Source of the DNA: an uncultured Spirochaetaceae bacterium
GTDB taxonomy: Bacteria > Spirochaetota > Spirochaetia > Sphaerochaetales > Sphaerochaetaceae
DNA: 64,000 nt
Direction of reading: 5' to 3'
Assembly (NCBI GenBank): GCA_944392975.1
Contig: CALXYN010000002.1
Coordinates: forward strand, 1,105 to 65,104
Shown: one piece after another, positions 1-9,689 of the stretch
Numbering within the stretch: position 1 is the stretch's first letter
Layout of the letters: the number at the start of each line of letters is the position of its first letter
Position numbers and translations under genes: made by a program
Notes under the pieces: model-generated
Told to the model about the DNA's origin: nothing
What the model saw: the letters and a program-made list of their open reading frames with translations, nothing else
The model's database searches: none

Positions 1-401
1 AGGTATGTATCAAGAAGTCCCAGCCGGGCAGTCATCACGTAATTTTCATACAGCATGGCATCAGGCGGAATGAAAAGGGTCGCAAGAAGCGTGATGAGCA
101 ATGCTTTCTTACCCTTGAAACTCAGATGCGTGAATGCAAATGCTGAAAGTATTGCGGTGAGGCATTTCAATGTTGCTGTGAGAAGGGCTGTAATCAGGGA
201 ATTGAGTGCGTAGACTGGGAAATAGCGGTGCGTCAGCGCAAGCTCATAGTTCCTGAATGAGAACTCTGAAGGAAGAAGATGCGCTTTTGTGTCCGTAAAA
301 TCCTGTGGTGAGAAAAATGATGCAGAAATGGTGTAGAAGAGCGGGAACAGCACCAGGACTGCCAGTATGATCGTGATTAGCACTCTCAGCACTTTATACA
401 T
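1..401 (-). CDS. Carbohydrate ABC transporter permease (MalG/UgpE type), N-terminal part; the gene runs off the window edge
   Basis: The minus-strand frame is open to position 1. The ATG at 401-399 overlaps the stop of the upstream permease (ATGTATAA). My translation, MYKVLRVLITIILAVLVLFPLFYT...LFIPPDAMLYENYVMTARLGLLDTY, looks like a CUT1 second membrane component. Confidence 0.75.
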   Translation of the reverse strand, partial: MYKVLRVLITIILAVLVLFPLFYTISASFFSPQDFTDTKAHLLPSEFSFRNYELALTHRYFPVYALNSLITALLTATLKCLTAILSAFAFTHLSFKGKKALLITLLATLFIPPDAMLYENYVMTARLGLLDTY

Positions 402-1260
402 CACGTCTCCTCCTTGAGATAAGACTCATGATGATGACTGAGAACAGAACCATGATAACGGCAATTGTTGTTTCGGTAGCTCTGTTGCCACTCCTGAAAG
501 CTTCCAGATAATAGTAATACATCACAGTCTCAGTAGATCTGAACGGCCCGCCTTCTGTAAGTACCATTACCGGCGCGGAGATTAGTATGGCATCTTTGAG
601 GGCTGTGAATATGGTTACTGCAAGGACATTCCTTATTGACGGGAGTTCTATCCGGAAAAACAGGCTCATCCCATGTGCGCCATCGATTTCCGCTGCTTCT
701 ATGATGCTTTTGTCCGTACTGCGGAAAGCTGCAAGAAGAAGAATATAATCGAGAGCAAAATCGAGAAAGAGGGAGAGGATAACAAGGACAGCCATTGCAG
801 AACCGGACTCCTCAAGCCAGGACAGGCTGAGATCGGTAAGTCTGTTGATGACACTCACCCTTCCTCTGAATATCTCCTTCATAATCAGGGCAAGAGCTGA
901 TAACGACATTGCAAGGGGAGTGAGGAAAATAAACTCCGTAACAGCGGTTGTCCTCCGGGCTTTCCTTGTGACTGCTGCTGCAAGCAGTGTCAGGAATGTG
1001 TTGACAGGCAGGAAGATGATTATGAACTTCAGCGTATTAAGTACGCTGTTTATGAAATCAGAGTTCTGAAAGAGGCTGATATAATTTCCCAATCCATTGA
1101 AGGCGACGATCCTTCCAGATTGCGATACTGTGAAAAATGAGAGCATAAGACACTTCGCAAGTGGCAGAAACGAAAAAAGCAATGCCACAATCATTGCTGG
1201 AAGCAGAAACAGGTATGCTTTGAAGCTCTTAGTTCTCATCACGTTAGGTAATTTAAGCAT
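394..1260 (-). CDS. Carbohydrate ABC transporter permease (MalF/UgpA type)
   Basis: 288-aa ORF with multiple hydrophobic segments. It has the EAA-loop-like IIEAAEIDGAHGMSLFFRIELP and is translationally coupled to the downstream permease. Confidence 0.85.
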   Translation of the reverse strand: MLKLPNVMRTKSFKAYLFLLPAMIVALLFSFLPLAKCLMLSFFTVSQSGRIVAFNGLGNYISLFQNSDFINSVLNTLKFIIIFLPVNTFLTLLAAAVTRKARRTTAVTEFIFLTPLAMSLSALALIMKEIFRGRVSVINRLTDLSLSWLEESGSAMAVLVILSLFLDFALDYILLLAAFRSTDKSIIEAAEIDGAHGMSLFFRIELPSIRNVLAVTIFTALKDAILISAPVMVLTEGGPFRSTETVMYYYYLEAFRSGNRATETTIAVIMVLFSVIIMSLISRRRRDV

Positions 1261-1488
1261 TTTTCATCTCTGATTCAATAGGAAAATTGATACAATTTCT
1301 TTTATTATATAGAAATAATTAACAAACATAAATATAACGTTAACTTTTATTACGTTAGGTATTTGCGCATATCCTTATATAAAATAAAGAGAAAGGACAT
1401 TATCATGAATTACGAAAAACAAAAATAATGAAATGTCATATGGATAATCATTCATAAAGAGAATAAACTGGAAGAAAGAAGGAGAAGA

Positions 1489-2403
1489 ATGATGAAACCA
1501 ACGCTTCTTGTAATGGCAGCGGGACTGGGCTCCCGTTATGGTGGTGTAAAGCAGATTGATGCCGTAGGTATGCATGGCGAAACTCTGCTCGATTTCGGGG
1601 TCTATGATGCATTCCATGCAGGTTATGGCAAGGTTGTTTTTATCATAAGAAAGGATATTGAGCACGATTTCCGTGAGCGTCTTTTTGATAGAATCGCACG
1701 CAATATGGATGCTGATTATGTATTCCAGGAAAGAACAGCGCTTCTTACAGATGAGGAGATTTCAGCCTCTTCTGAGAGAGCAAAGCCCTGGGGAACAATT
1801 CAGGCTGTTCTTTGTGCAAAAGATGCTGTAAAGACGCCGTTCACTGTCATAAATGCCGATGATTATTATGGCCGCAGCGCTTACTCGATTCTCGGGGATT
1901 ATCTCGCGACACTTGACAATGCTGATACAACGCATGCAATGGTCGGTTTTACTCTCAAGAATACAATGAGCCCTTCAGGATCCGTTTCCAGAGCTATCTG
2001 TGTGATCAAGGATGGAATACTTGAGTCGATGGAAGAGAACACCAAAATTGAGTACACAGCAGATGGCGGTGTTGTATCCCATATGCCAAATGGCGATGTG
2101 ATGCTTACAGGAGAAGAGCCTGTTTCCATGAACTTCTTCGGTTTCACACCAAAGGCTTTTGATAGCTTCATGGAGTACTGGGAAGATTTCAAGAAAACAA
2201 GTATCAAGGAAATGAAAGCAGAATGCCTCCTTCCGAATGGCGTTTCTGCAATGGTCACAGCCGGTAAGGGATCTGTAAAGGTCTTCACGACTCCGGATAA
2301 ATGGTTCGGTATGACATATCCTGAGGATAAGGCCAATGTAATGGCTGAGCTGAGAAAGAAGATTGAATCAGGATATTACCCGGAGAAGCTCTGGGAGAAA
2401 TGA
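1489..2403 (+). CDS. Sugar-phosphate nucleotidyltransferase family protein
   Basis: N-terminal LLVMAAGLGSRYGGVKQ glycine-rich NTP-transferase signature and an INADDYYG segment. A GGAG-type RBS (gaaggagaag) lies upstream. Confidence 0.7.
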   Translation: MMKPTLLVMAAGLGSRYGGVKQIDAVGMHGETLLDFGVYDAFHAGYGKVVFIIRKDIEHDFRERLFDRIARNMDADYVFQERTALLTDEEISASSERAKPWGTIQAVLCAKDAVKTPFTVINADDYYGRSAYSILGDYLATLDNADTTHAMVGFTLKNTMSPSGSVSRAICVIKDGILESMEENTKIEYTADGGVVSHMPNGDVMLTGEEPVSMNFFGFTPKAFDSFMEYWEDFKKTSIKEMKAECLLPNGVSAMVTAGKGSVKVFTTPDKWFGMTYPEDKANVMAELRKKIESGYYPEKLWEK

Positions 2404-2985
2404 TCAGATTTTCGGAGGAATACTGAAATTCTCCGTTTCCAATCTGTCAAGAAGAAGGCTAGGGGCACTTTCTACTATCAGGAGGTGCCTCACTTCTTCT
2501 GATATGAAACCCTCTTCATATCCTTTATCAAGGAGTGCGATGAAATCATTCCAGTATCCAGCTGTGTTGAGTATTCCGATATTCTTCTCGTGGTATCCGA
2601 GCTGCCTCCATGTATAGATTTCGGCAATTTCCTCCAGCGTGCCTATACCACCTGGAAGGGCGATGAATGCATCTGACAGGCGATACATGGTTTCTTTTCT
2701 TTCATGCATTCCCCGAACTATGATGAGCTCTGTTTCCATCGCATTTTCTCTTACAGCTTTGACATTCATTGATTCCGGCAGAACTCCGATCACTTTTCCG
2801 CCGTTTTCCCTTACAGATCTGGCTGTAATGCCCATCAGGCCCTTTCCTCCACCACCATATACGAGGTTATAGCCCCTTTCTGCTATCGTTTTACCGAGAA
2901 TGTATGCAGCGTTACTGTAATCTTCTCTACAACCTGCTGATGAACCGCAGAAAACTGCGATATTCCTCATTTTCTTATTATCCAT
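2404..2985 (-). CDS. LOG family protein (TIGR00730; nucleotide 5'-monophosphate nucleosidase / cytokinin riboside 5'-monophosphate phosphoribohydrolase-like)
   Basis: GGGGKGLMG and PGGIGTLEE motifs. The start is ambiguous: in-frame ATGs lie at 3030, 2985 and 2970, and MRNIAVFCGSS at 2970 looks like the typical family N-terminus. Confidence 0.85.
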   Translation of the reverse strand: MDNKKMRNIAVFCGSSAGCREDYSNAAYILGKTIAERGYNLVYGGGGKGLMGITARSVRENGGKVIGVLPESMNVKAVRENAMETELIIVRGMHERKETMYRLSDAFIALPGGIGTLEEIAEIYTWRQLGYHEKNIGILNTAGYWNDFIALLDKGYEEGFISEEVRHLLIVESAPSLLLDRLETENFSIPPKI

Positions 2986-3083
2986 ATGTAAATTATACAG
3001 AAAAAACAGCTTTCTGAAGTTTTGTGTCACGTTTTTCCTTGCTTGCAGGGGAGTGCAAGCTTAAAATGAAAACTGGAGTCATT

Positions 3084-5600
3084 ATGAATAGAATAAAGAA
3101 ATCCATTATCGCATTGGCTGCGATTCTCATGATACTGGCTGTTCCGCTTTCTGCGGCTGAAATGTCTGTGCGGTGGACTTGGAACCTCGATGACCCTGCT
3201 GTTACTGCATATCGCTATCAGCTGGGAGGCGAGGAGCCTGATGGATGGACTGAGCTTTCCGGCGATACCGCATCTATAGAGCTGGAAGGACTTGATGCTG
3301 CTGAAGCGCATACGCTTTACCTCCAGCGTTCATATGATGGCGTGAACTGGTCCCCATCCGCGGTAAGTACAGCAAAAGCTGATCTTGATTCCATCCCCGA
3401 TGTCAGAATCTATCGTTATGGCGGCTATGAAATGAGAGCTGAAATCAGGACAGGTGAGGTGACAATTTCCTATCCTCAGTCTGTTTCAAATGCAGATGCT
3501 GAAGCTTTCTTTGCCGTTGAGAACGAGAAATACGGTCTTGCAGATATCGGTATCACATACTCTATTCCTCGGCCTGGTACAGCGGTTTTCGGTTATCCGG
3601 AGGAGATTTCAAGGATAGTGGTTGCTGAAGAGCTCGATGTTCTTGTACGTGATCTTGTTTCCTATATTACATCTCCGGCACCGGCTCCTGTTCCTGTCGT
3701 AGAACCAGAACCAGTACCTGTTGTCATTTCTGAACCACCTATCATCAGGGAATACACAAGTGGCGGATACACCATCACGGCCACAATCGATACAGGTGCA
3801 ACACTTCTCGAGTATCCTGCCTTTGTCGCGGATGATGATGTGAATACATTCTTTGCAGTAGAGAATGAGAAATATGGTCTTGCAGAGCTTGGTGTTGCTT
3901 ATTCCTTCGGAAATGATGGAGAGGTCACTGTCACATACCCCGAATCATATTCAAAGGAAACGATAGCTACAGAGCTTGATAAACTCATTCTTGATCTCAT
4001 TGCATATATAACAACACCAGCACCAGTGCCAGTGGTTGTACCTGAACCTGAGCCGGAACCGGTTATAGTTCCTGAGCCTCCTATTGTCAGGGAATACAGC
4101 CATGCAGGTTATACGCTCATTGCAACAATTGATACAGGAAAAACTGTTCTTGTTTATCCAGCGGTTGTTACAGATGATGATGTGAATGCATTCTTCGCGC
4201 TTGAGAATGAGAAATACGGACTTGCAGAACTTGGTGTTTCCTATTCATTCGGAGATGATGGTGAAGTCATTGTCTATTATCCGGAAGAGTACTCCAAGGA
4301 AGAGGTTGCCACAGAGCTCGATAAGCTCGTTCTTGATCTCATCGCTTATATTACGGCACCAGCACCGGAACCAGTGGTTGTACCAGAACCGGTTATAATC
4401 CCTGAACTTCCTATTGTCAGGAATTATGAGTATTCAGGCTTTACTCTTACTGCTACGATTGATACGGGAACAACGCTTCTTGAGTATCCTCTTTATGTGA
4501 CGGATGAAGAGGTCAATACATTCTTTGCTGAAGAGAATGAGAAGTACGGACTTGCAGAGCTTGGTGTTGTCTATTCTTTCGGAAGTGCTGGAAATGTAAT
4601 ACTGACATATCCAGAGGAGTATTCTAAAGAAGAAGTTGCTGCTGAACTTGATAAGCTCTTTGCAGACCTCACGCTTTACCTTCCTCTCGTAAGAGTTTAC
4701 GAGCATGAGGGGTATGCACTTACAGCCACGATTAATACCGGCATGACTCTTCTTGAGTATCCAGAGTTCATCACAAACGAAGAGGTTGATACATTCTTTG
4801 CACTTGAGAATGAGAAATACGGTCTTGCAAAGCTGGGTGTCGTCTACACATTCGGAAATGCTGGAAATGTTGTTCTCACATATCCTTCCGAGTACTCCAA
4901 AGAAACAGTAGCTGCAGAACTTGATAAGATGGTTGAGGATCTCATTGCTTACATTACACCTGCAGAACTTCCTGTCATCCCTGTTGTTCCAGTTGTTCCT
5001 GTTATCCCATTGGAGCCAGCTGTTGCAGCGGAAGATGAGTCTGCGTTTGAGTTCTCACTGCTTCTTGATGCTGGCGTGCTTTCAGCCTTTGACAACTCAT
5101 TCAAGTTTGATGATGTCATTTTCGCAAATGTCGGCTTGGGCCTCAATTTTGCGAACATAATTTCCGGCGGAGACCATTTCGGTCTTGGCCTGAGAACGGA
5201 TCTTGATCTCAGCTTCCTTCCAAAAGAGACAGGCAAGTGGGATCTTGAAGACAAACTGGACTATTTCAATGTCTTTGTTTACGGTGAGATGATTTCTCTG
5301 GACCTTAAGCTGATGATGGACTTCTATGCAGGTCCTGCTGATATTTACATCGGCGGTGGTGCAGGGTTTGCAATCGGAAATCCGTACGATGCAGAAGCAA
5401 TAGCGAATTATCTTGGACTTGATACTTTTGATATCGGACAGGTTAGATTCGCTTATGACTGGTTTGCTTCGGCGACGGCAGGTGTCAGATTCAGAACAAG
5501 TGACTTGTTCTCAATCGGTGCAGAAGTCAATTACCGCTACATGGTAACATCCCAGAGGCATATGGGTTCTGCAAACCTGATTATGGGTTTCACTTTCTGA
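3084..5600 (+). CDS. Exported tandem-repeat surface protein with an Fn3-like N-domain, five ~110-aa repeats and a C-terminal OMP-like beta-barrel domain
   Basis: The ATG at 3084 is preceded by GGAG and followed by the signal peptide MNRIKKSIIALAAILMILAVPLSAAE. There are five repeats of YP..V.DDDVN.FFA.ENEKYGLAELGV.YSFG..G.V.V.YPEEYSKEEVA.ELDKL.LDLIAYI separated by PAPVPVVVPEPEP linkers. The C-terminal ~200 aa is Gly/aromatic-rich with alternating hydrophobicity and ends ...LIMGFTF. Confidence 0.8.
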   Translation: MNRIKKSIIALAAILMILAVPLSAAEMSVRWTWNLDDPAVTAYRYQLGGEEPDGWTELSGDTASIELEGLDAAEAHTLYLQRSYDGVNWSPSAVSTAKADLDSIPDVRIYRYGGYEMRAEIRTGEVTISYPQSVSNADAEAFFAVENEKYGLADIGITYSIPRPGTAVFGYPEEISRIVVAEELDVLVRDLVSYITSPAPAPVPVVEPEPVPVVISEPPIIREYTSGGYTITATIDTGATLLEYPAFVADDDVNTFFAVENEKYGLAELGVAYSFGNDGEVTVTYPESYSKETIATELDKLILDLIAYITTPAPVPVVVPEPEPEPVIVPEPPIVREYSHAGYTLIATIDTGKTVLVYPAVVTDDDVNAFFALENEKYGLAELGVSYSFGDDGEVIVYYPEEYSKEEVATELDKLVLDLIAYITAPAPEPVVVPEPVIIPELPIVRNYEYSGFTLTATIDTGTTLLEYPLYVTDEEVNTFFAEENEKYGLAELGVVYSFGSAGNVILTYPEEYSKEEVAAELDKLFADLTLYLPLVRVYEHEGYALTATINTGMTLLEYPEFITNEEVDTFFALENEKYGLAKLGVVYTFGNAGNVVLTYPSEYSKETVAAELDKMVEDLIAYITPAELPVIPVVPVVPVIPLEPAVAAEDESAFEFSLLLDAGVLSAFDNSFKFDDVIFANVGLGLNFANIISGGDHFGLGLRTDLDLSFLPKETGKWDLEDKLDYFNVFVYGEMISLDLKLMMDFYAGPADIYIGGGAGFAIGNPYDAEAIANYLGLDTFDIGQVRFAYDWFASATAGVRFRTSDLFSIGAEVNYRYMVTSQRHMGSANLIMGFTF
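3402..5018 (+). repeat. Five in-frame tandem coding repeats (units start at 3402, 3741, 4083, 4413 and 4686; lengths about 339/342/330/273/333 bp)
   Basis: Near-identical DNA blocks recur in each unit, for example gagaatgagaaatacggNcttgcagagcttggtgt. All unit starts are in frame with 3084. Confidence 0.9.
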
Positions 5601-5619
5601 TTGTTATTATCAGAGCTGG

Positions 5620-5649
5620 ACAGGGCTGGGGCAACCAGCCCTGTTTTGT
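5620..5649 (+). terminator. Rho-independent terminator
   Basis: ACAGGGCTGG-ggcaa-CCAGCCCTGT followed by TTTTGT, 20 nt after the stop codon. Confidence 0.8.
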
Positions 5650-5730
5650 CGCCATATATTAATCTTACATTGACCCCATATTACGAATTGGGTATTATCC
5701 AGATGAAAAGGAAAGAGGAAAAAGGCTCTT

Positions 5731-6507
5731 ATGAAAACCGACTGGCTCTATTGCAGCCTCGATTATCTTAGATTCACTGTTGAAGCAGATGGTGAAAAAC
5801 TCAGCGATGAACTTGCTGATCAGTTCAGCGATATCCTGAAAGGTGATTTGAAAGCAGAGAAGGCAATTGCTGATTATATACGTTATGAAAATCTCGATTC
5901 ATCTCTTTACAATGGTAGCGATGATGAGATGTCTTACTATCCGGAGACAAGGTGCCTTGTCAATTATTTCGGCATCAAGGACAAGCCGCTCCTGAGACGC
6001 GTTGATAAGAGAATATCCTCTTACAGAACTGCGGAACTCTTGGCAAAACCTCTTTCTATGCCATTCAATTTTGACCATCTCGTGGCGATACACTCCCACC
6101 TTTTCGGCGATATCTATCCTTCTGCAGGAATGATCCGTACATCATCTTCGAAAAAGCACAGGGAGTATTGCCAGCCCGAATATATCACATCCTCTGCTGA
6201 GAGGCTTTTTGATAACCTCAGACAGAGCAAATACCTTATGGGAATCAGTGATGTCGATGATTTTGTGAACGAGCTTGCATACTACATGGGAGAGGTGGAA
6301 GCCCTGCATCCATTTCTTGACGGCAATGGTCGTTCCACCCGTCTCTTCTTCGATACCATCGCACACAAAGCCGGTTATGTGATAGGGTGGGGAAGTTCCG
6401 ATCCTGATCACTTCCTTGAAGCCAATGTTGCAGCTCTTGAAGGAGATTATCAGGCACTGATTGATGTGCTTGAGGAGATAGTGATTCCTGTAGCAGAGGA
6501 AGAATGA
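5731..6507 (+). CDS. Fic/DOC family protein (probable AMP-transferase)
   Basis: Canonical Fic motif HPFLDGNGRSTR (HxFx[D/E]GNGRxxR). Confidence 0.85.
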   Translation: MKTDWLYCSLDYLRFTVEADGEKLSDELADQFSDILKGDLKAEKAIADYIRYENLDSSLYNGSDDEMSYYPETRCLVNYFGIKDKPLLRRVDKRISSYRTAELLAKPLSMPFNFDHLVAIHSHLFGDIYPSAGMIRTSSSKKHREYCQPEYITSSAERLFDNLRQSKYLMGISDVDDFVNELAYYMGEVEALHPFLDGNGRSTRLFFDTIAHKAGYVIGWGSSDPDHFLEANVAALEGDYQALIDVLEEIVIPVAEEE

Positions 6508-6534
6508 AAATGTCCGCCGTCTGGCGGACATCAT

Positions 6535-8754
6535 TTATCTTGGCCTGTATGTTCTCTTTTTCGGTACGCTTACCTTGACCTTGTTCTTGATCAGATAACA
6601 TTTGTGGATATTCTTGTCATTGTCGAAATCCTTGCCGATTGTCTTTTCTGTGATATCCTCGACAGTGAAATCCTCAAGAATTCTCTCATCCATCCTGAAT
6701 CTTCTGAAGTTCGTGCTGAAAATCAGGGTTCCCCCAGGAGCAAGGTGCATAGCCGCTGCCCTTATGAGTTTCCAGTGGTCACGCTGTACATCGAATGTAC
6801 GTCTGTCCTTGCTGTTGGAGAATGTTGGAGGATCACAGAAAATCAGATCGTATCTGTCATATGTCTCCCAAAGCCAGTCTATTGCATCATCGCGATAGAA
6901 GAAGTTCCCGATATCAGTTGTGTAGCCATTGATTTTAAGATTTTCAATAGCCCAGTCAAGATATGTCGAGGAAGCATCCACGGATACTGTTGATACAGCA
7001 CCTCCCTTGATTGCATTCAGCGTTGCAGTTCCTGTATAGCAGAAGAGATTCAAGAAGCGCTTTCCTTCTGCCATTTCCTGGATCATCTTCCTCACTGGCC
7101 TGTGGTCGAGGAACACACCTGTATCCAGATAATCCTGGAAGTTTACAAGCAGCCTGAGTCCGTTTTCCTTGACAATATTGAATCGGTTGGAAGTTGCAAG
7201 CCGGTTATACTGTGCTGCACCCTTCTGGCTCCTTCTTTCTTTGACGAAGATGTTTTCCAGATCTATACCTGTTGCTCTTTCTGTTGCGAGAATGATTTCA
7301 TTGAGTCTTTCTTCAGCTTTCTCCTTATCAATGTAATCAGGGGCCGCATATTCTGAAAGATTGATCCATTTATCCTCATAGAGATCGATGGAAGCTGCAT
7401 ACTCAGGAATATCTGCATCGTAGATGCGGTAACACGTTACGCCCTCTTTTTCCATTTCAGCTTTCAGCTTTTCCAGATTCTTGAGGATTTTTCTGTATAC
7501 GATATCCGCACCTTCTGAAAGCGGGGTAGAAAGCCTTATTCTCTTCTTTTCCTTCGCTTTCTCAATCAGCGTTTCTTTCTCGGCATCCGTGAAGATTATG
7601 TAATGTGCAGCCTGACAGAGTATTCCGCCGTTGTAAAGCGAGTTTGTCCTGTCCGGTTTCATATCGATATTCGTAAGCAGATCGCTTGATCCTGTGAGGA
7701 TTGTCGCTCTCCAGCCCTTGAAATATGTCTGAAGTACTTCACCTATCTTTGTATAAAGCCAGTCGATGTCATCGACTCTCATCCGTTCTCCATATGGAGG
7801 GTCAGCAACAATGAATCCCGCCTCTCCTGGAACATCCTTTTCTGTAAAGGAAGTGAAGTCCTTTTCCTTGAAATCTATGAGTCCATCGACTCCGGCTTTT
7901 TCCGCAGCTTCCTTTGCGATTTTTATGGCGCGTCCAGAGATATCAGAGGCATAGATTCTTATATCGCGTTCATCAAGAGCCTTTTTCCTTCTTTCTTCAG
8001 CTTCTGCCTTGAGAGACTGCCAGAGAGCCTCGTCATAACCCGGAAGAGCCTGGAAGGCGTATGGTCTTTTCCTTATAAGTCCTGGAGCCGTGTCAGATGC
8101 CATGAGCGCTGCTTCAATGGCAATTGTACCAGAACCACAGAACGGATCCATGAATATTCCAGGATTTCCATCATTGACGGTTCTTTTCCACTCGCTTCTG
8201 GAAATGAGGGCGGCAGCGAGATGTTCTTTTAATACGGCATCTGTCTGTCCGTCCCTGTAACCTCTCTGATGAAGCGCTTCGCCGGAGAAATCCGCATACC
8301 ATTTGACTGTGTCTCCATGTACGTGAACATGGAATTCGATATCAGGATGCTCTGTATCGATATCCGGACGGCTGCCATCGAATTTTTCTTTGAGGTGATC
8401 GCAGATCCCATCCTTTACACGCAGGGCTGCATAGTGATTATTGCGAATCCAGCTGCAGCTCTGAGTTGTGCATGTCACCTTCATCGTCTTTTCAGGTGTG
8501 ATCCAGTCTTCCCATGGAAGAGAAGCTGTGGATTCATACAGTTCTTCATCGCTTGTCGTATCTTCGTCAATATACAATGCCATCAACAGTCTTGAAGCAA
8601 CACGTGAATAGAGACAGAATCTCATTCCTGTCTCCCATGATCCTTCAAACTCGACTCCAGATTGTGTCTGTCTTACATCTTCCGACCCTGCTTTTCTTGC
8701 TTCATCAGCAACAAGGTCTCCCTGATTAGCCGCACATGCTGCGAAGAATATCAT
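6535..8754 (-). CDS. rlmL: Bifunctional 23S rRNA (guanine-N2/N7) methyltransferase RlmKL
   Basis: 739 aa. N-terminal THUMP-like region, the N6/N2-MTase motif DPPYGER, and a second C-terminal SAM-MTase domain (LNLFCYTG...DPPTFS). Confidence 0.85.
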   Translation of the reverse strand: MIFFAACAANQGDLVADEARKAGSEDVRQTQSGVEFEGSWETGMRFCLYSRVASRLLMALYIDEDTTSDEELYESTASLPWEDWITPEKTMKVTCTTQSCSWIRNNHYAALRVKDGICDHLKEKFDGSRPDIDTEHPDIEFHVHVHGDTVKWYADFSGEALHQRGYRDGQTDAVLKEHLAAALISRSEWKRTVNDGNPGIFMDPFCGSGTIAIEAALMASDTAPGLIRKRPYAFQALPGYDEALWQSLKAEAEERRKKALDERDIRIYASDISGRAIKIAKEAAEKAGVDGLIDFKEKDFTSFTEKDVPGEAGFIVADPPYGERMRVDDIDWLYTKIGEVLQTYFKGWRATILTGSSDLLTNIDMKPDRTNSLYNGGILCQAAHYIIFTDAEKETLIEKAKEKKRIRLSTPLSEGADIVYRKILKNLEKLKAEMEKEGVTCYRIYDADIPEYAASIDLYEDKWINLSEYAAPDYIDKEKAEERLNEIILATERATGIDLENIFVKERRSQKGAAQYNRLATSNRFNIVKENGLRLLVNFQDYLDTGVFLDHRPVRKMIQEMAEGKRFLNLFCYTGTATLNAIKGGAVSTVSVDASSTYLDWAIENLKINGYTTDIGNFFYRDDAIDWLWETYDRYDLIFCDPPTFSNSKDRRTFDVQRDHWKLIRAAAMHLAPGGTLIFSTNFRRFRMDERILEDFTVEDITEKTIGKDFDNDKNIHKCYLIKNKVKVSVPKKRTYRPR

Positions 8755-9680
8755 AAATCCTCCCTGAAAAGATTTTCAGTCTCTGTTTTTGTGAATGAGT
8801 AATCGGTCCCACAGTTAAAGCATTCGAGTACAAGAGGGAAATTCCCATCGAGAATACCTTTTTTCTCCGTTTCTGGAAGCGATTTCAGATATTCTTCGAA
8901 ATGTTCTTTTGAACAAGGACATGAAAATCCTGTTGGAATATGAGCCATGTGACGGGGATTGAATGACCCAAATTCCTTCATTCCATACTCCTTTGCACTT
9001 ATTCCTTCTCCAAGTGCGCTTCCAAGTGCACTCAGCTCTGAACTTTTTTTCTGCAGAATTTCAAGTGTTTCATCTTTGCACCCAGGAAGAGCCTGCAAAA
9101 AAAGTCCGCCAGCTCCCCATACTCTGCCTTTTTCATCGAATTTCAATGACAGGTAGAAAAGCGATGGTGTCTGCTCTGATTCCTGGAAGTAGACGGCCAG
9201 ATCTTTTGCAAGATTGCCGTTTTCAAGCATTATTTGTCCGGAAAATGGTGTTTTGCTTCCTTCCAGAATCTTTGTTATCGTAAGGAATCCCGGACCATAC
9301 AGCAGTGATGTATCAAGGCTCTCAAGCGGTTTTTTAAGAGGAATGGGATTATGTCTGAGATATCCTCTGACAGCACCCGAAGCCCATGCCTCAATTGCCA
9401 TGCCGCCGATAGGACCTCCGCATTCAATATCCAGCTGAACGCGGTCCTTTCCCTTTACAGTCGATGATAAAAGTGCACCTGCAATGTATCCCTGTCCGAG
9501 CACATATGTCTCAAGCAGTCCTGTCCTGTGGTTCGCTCTCATCTGATTGATCATCGTCGTAGCGGAGACTACAGACAATCTTACTGTGTCATCAGCAATG
9601 AGAAAAACCTCCCTTCCATCTGGCGGAAGAGAGGTGATATGTTCTTTAAGCTCACTATCTTCTATAGCTCTGGAAATCAT
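8751..9680 (-). CDS. hslO: Redox-regulated chaperone Hsp33
   Basis: C-terminal zinc centre CPCS...CFNCG (CxC...CxxC) and an Hsp33-like N-domain. There is a 4-nt overlap with rlmKL. Confidence 0.85.
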   Translation of the reverse strand: MISRAIEDSELKEHITSLPPDGREVFLIADDTVRLSVVSATTMINQMRANHRTGLLETYVLGQGYIAGALLSSTVKGKDRVQLDIECGGPIGGMAIEAWASGAVRGYLRHNPIPLKKPLESLDTSLLYGPGFLTITKILEGSKTPFSGQIMLENGNLAKDLAVYFQESEQTPSLFYLSLKFDEKGRVWGAGGLFLQALPGCKDETLEILQKKSSELSALGSALGEGISAKEYGMKEFGSFNPRHMAHIPTGFSCPCSKEHFEEYLKSLPETEKKGILDGNFPLVLECFNCGTDYSFTKTETENLFREDL

Positions 9681-9689
9681 AGCTGTAGC

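Noticed and set aside
3402-5018. A regular ~330-bp periodic repeat that might suggest a CRISPR-like or satellite array.
   Set aside because: All units are in one long reading frame with conserved amino-acid sequence, and no short repeat/spacer pattern exists. They are coding tandem repeats of a surface protein.
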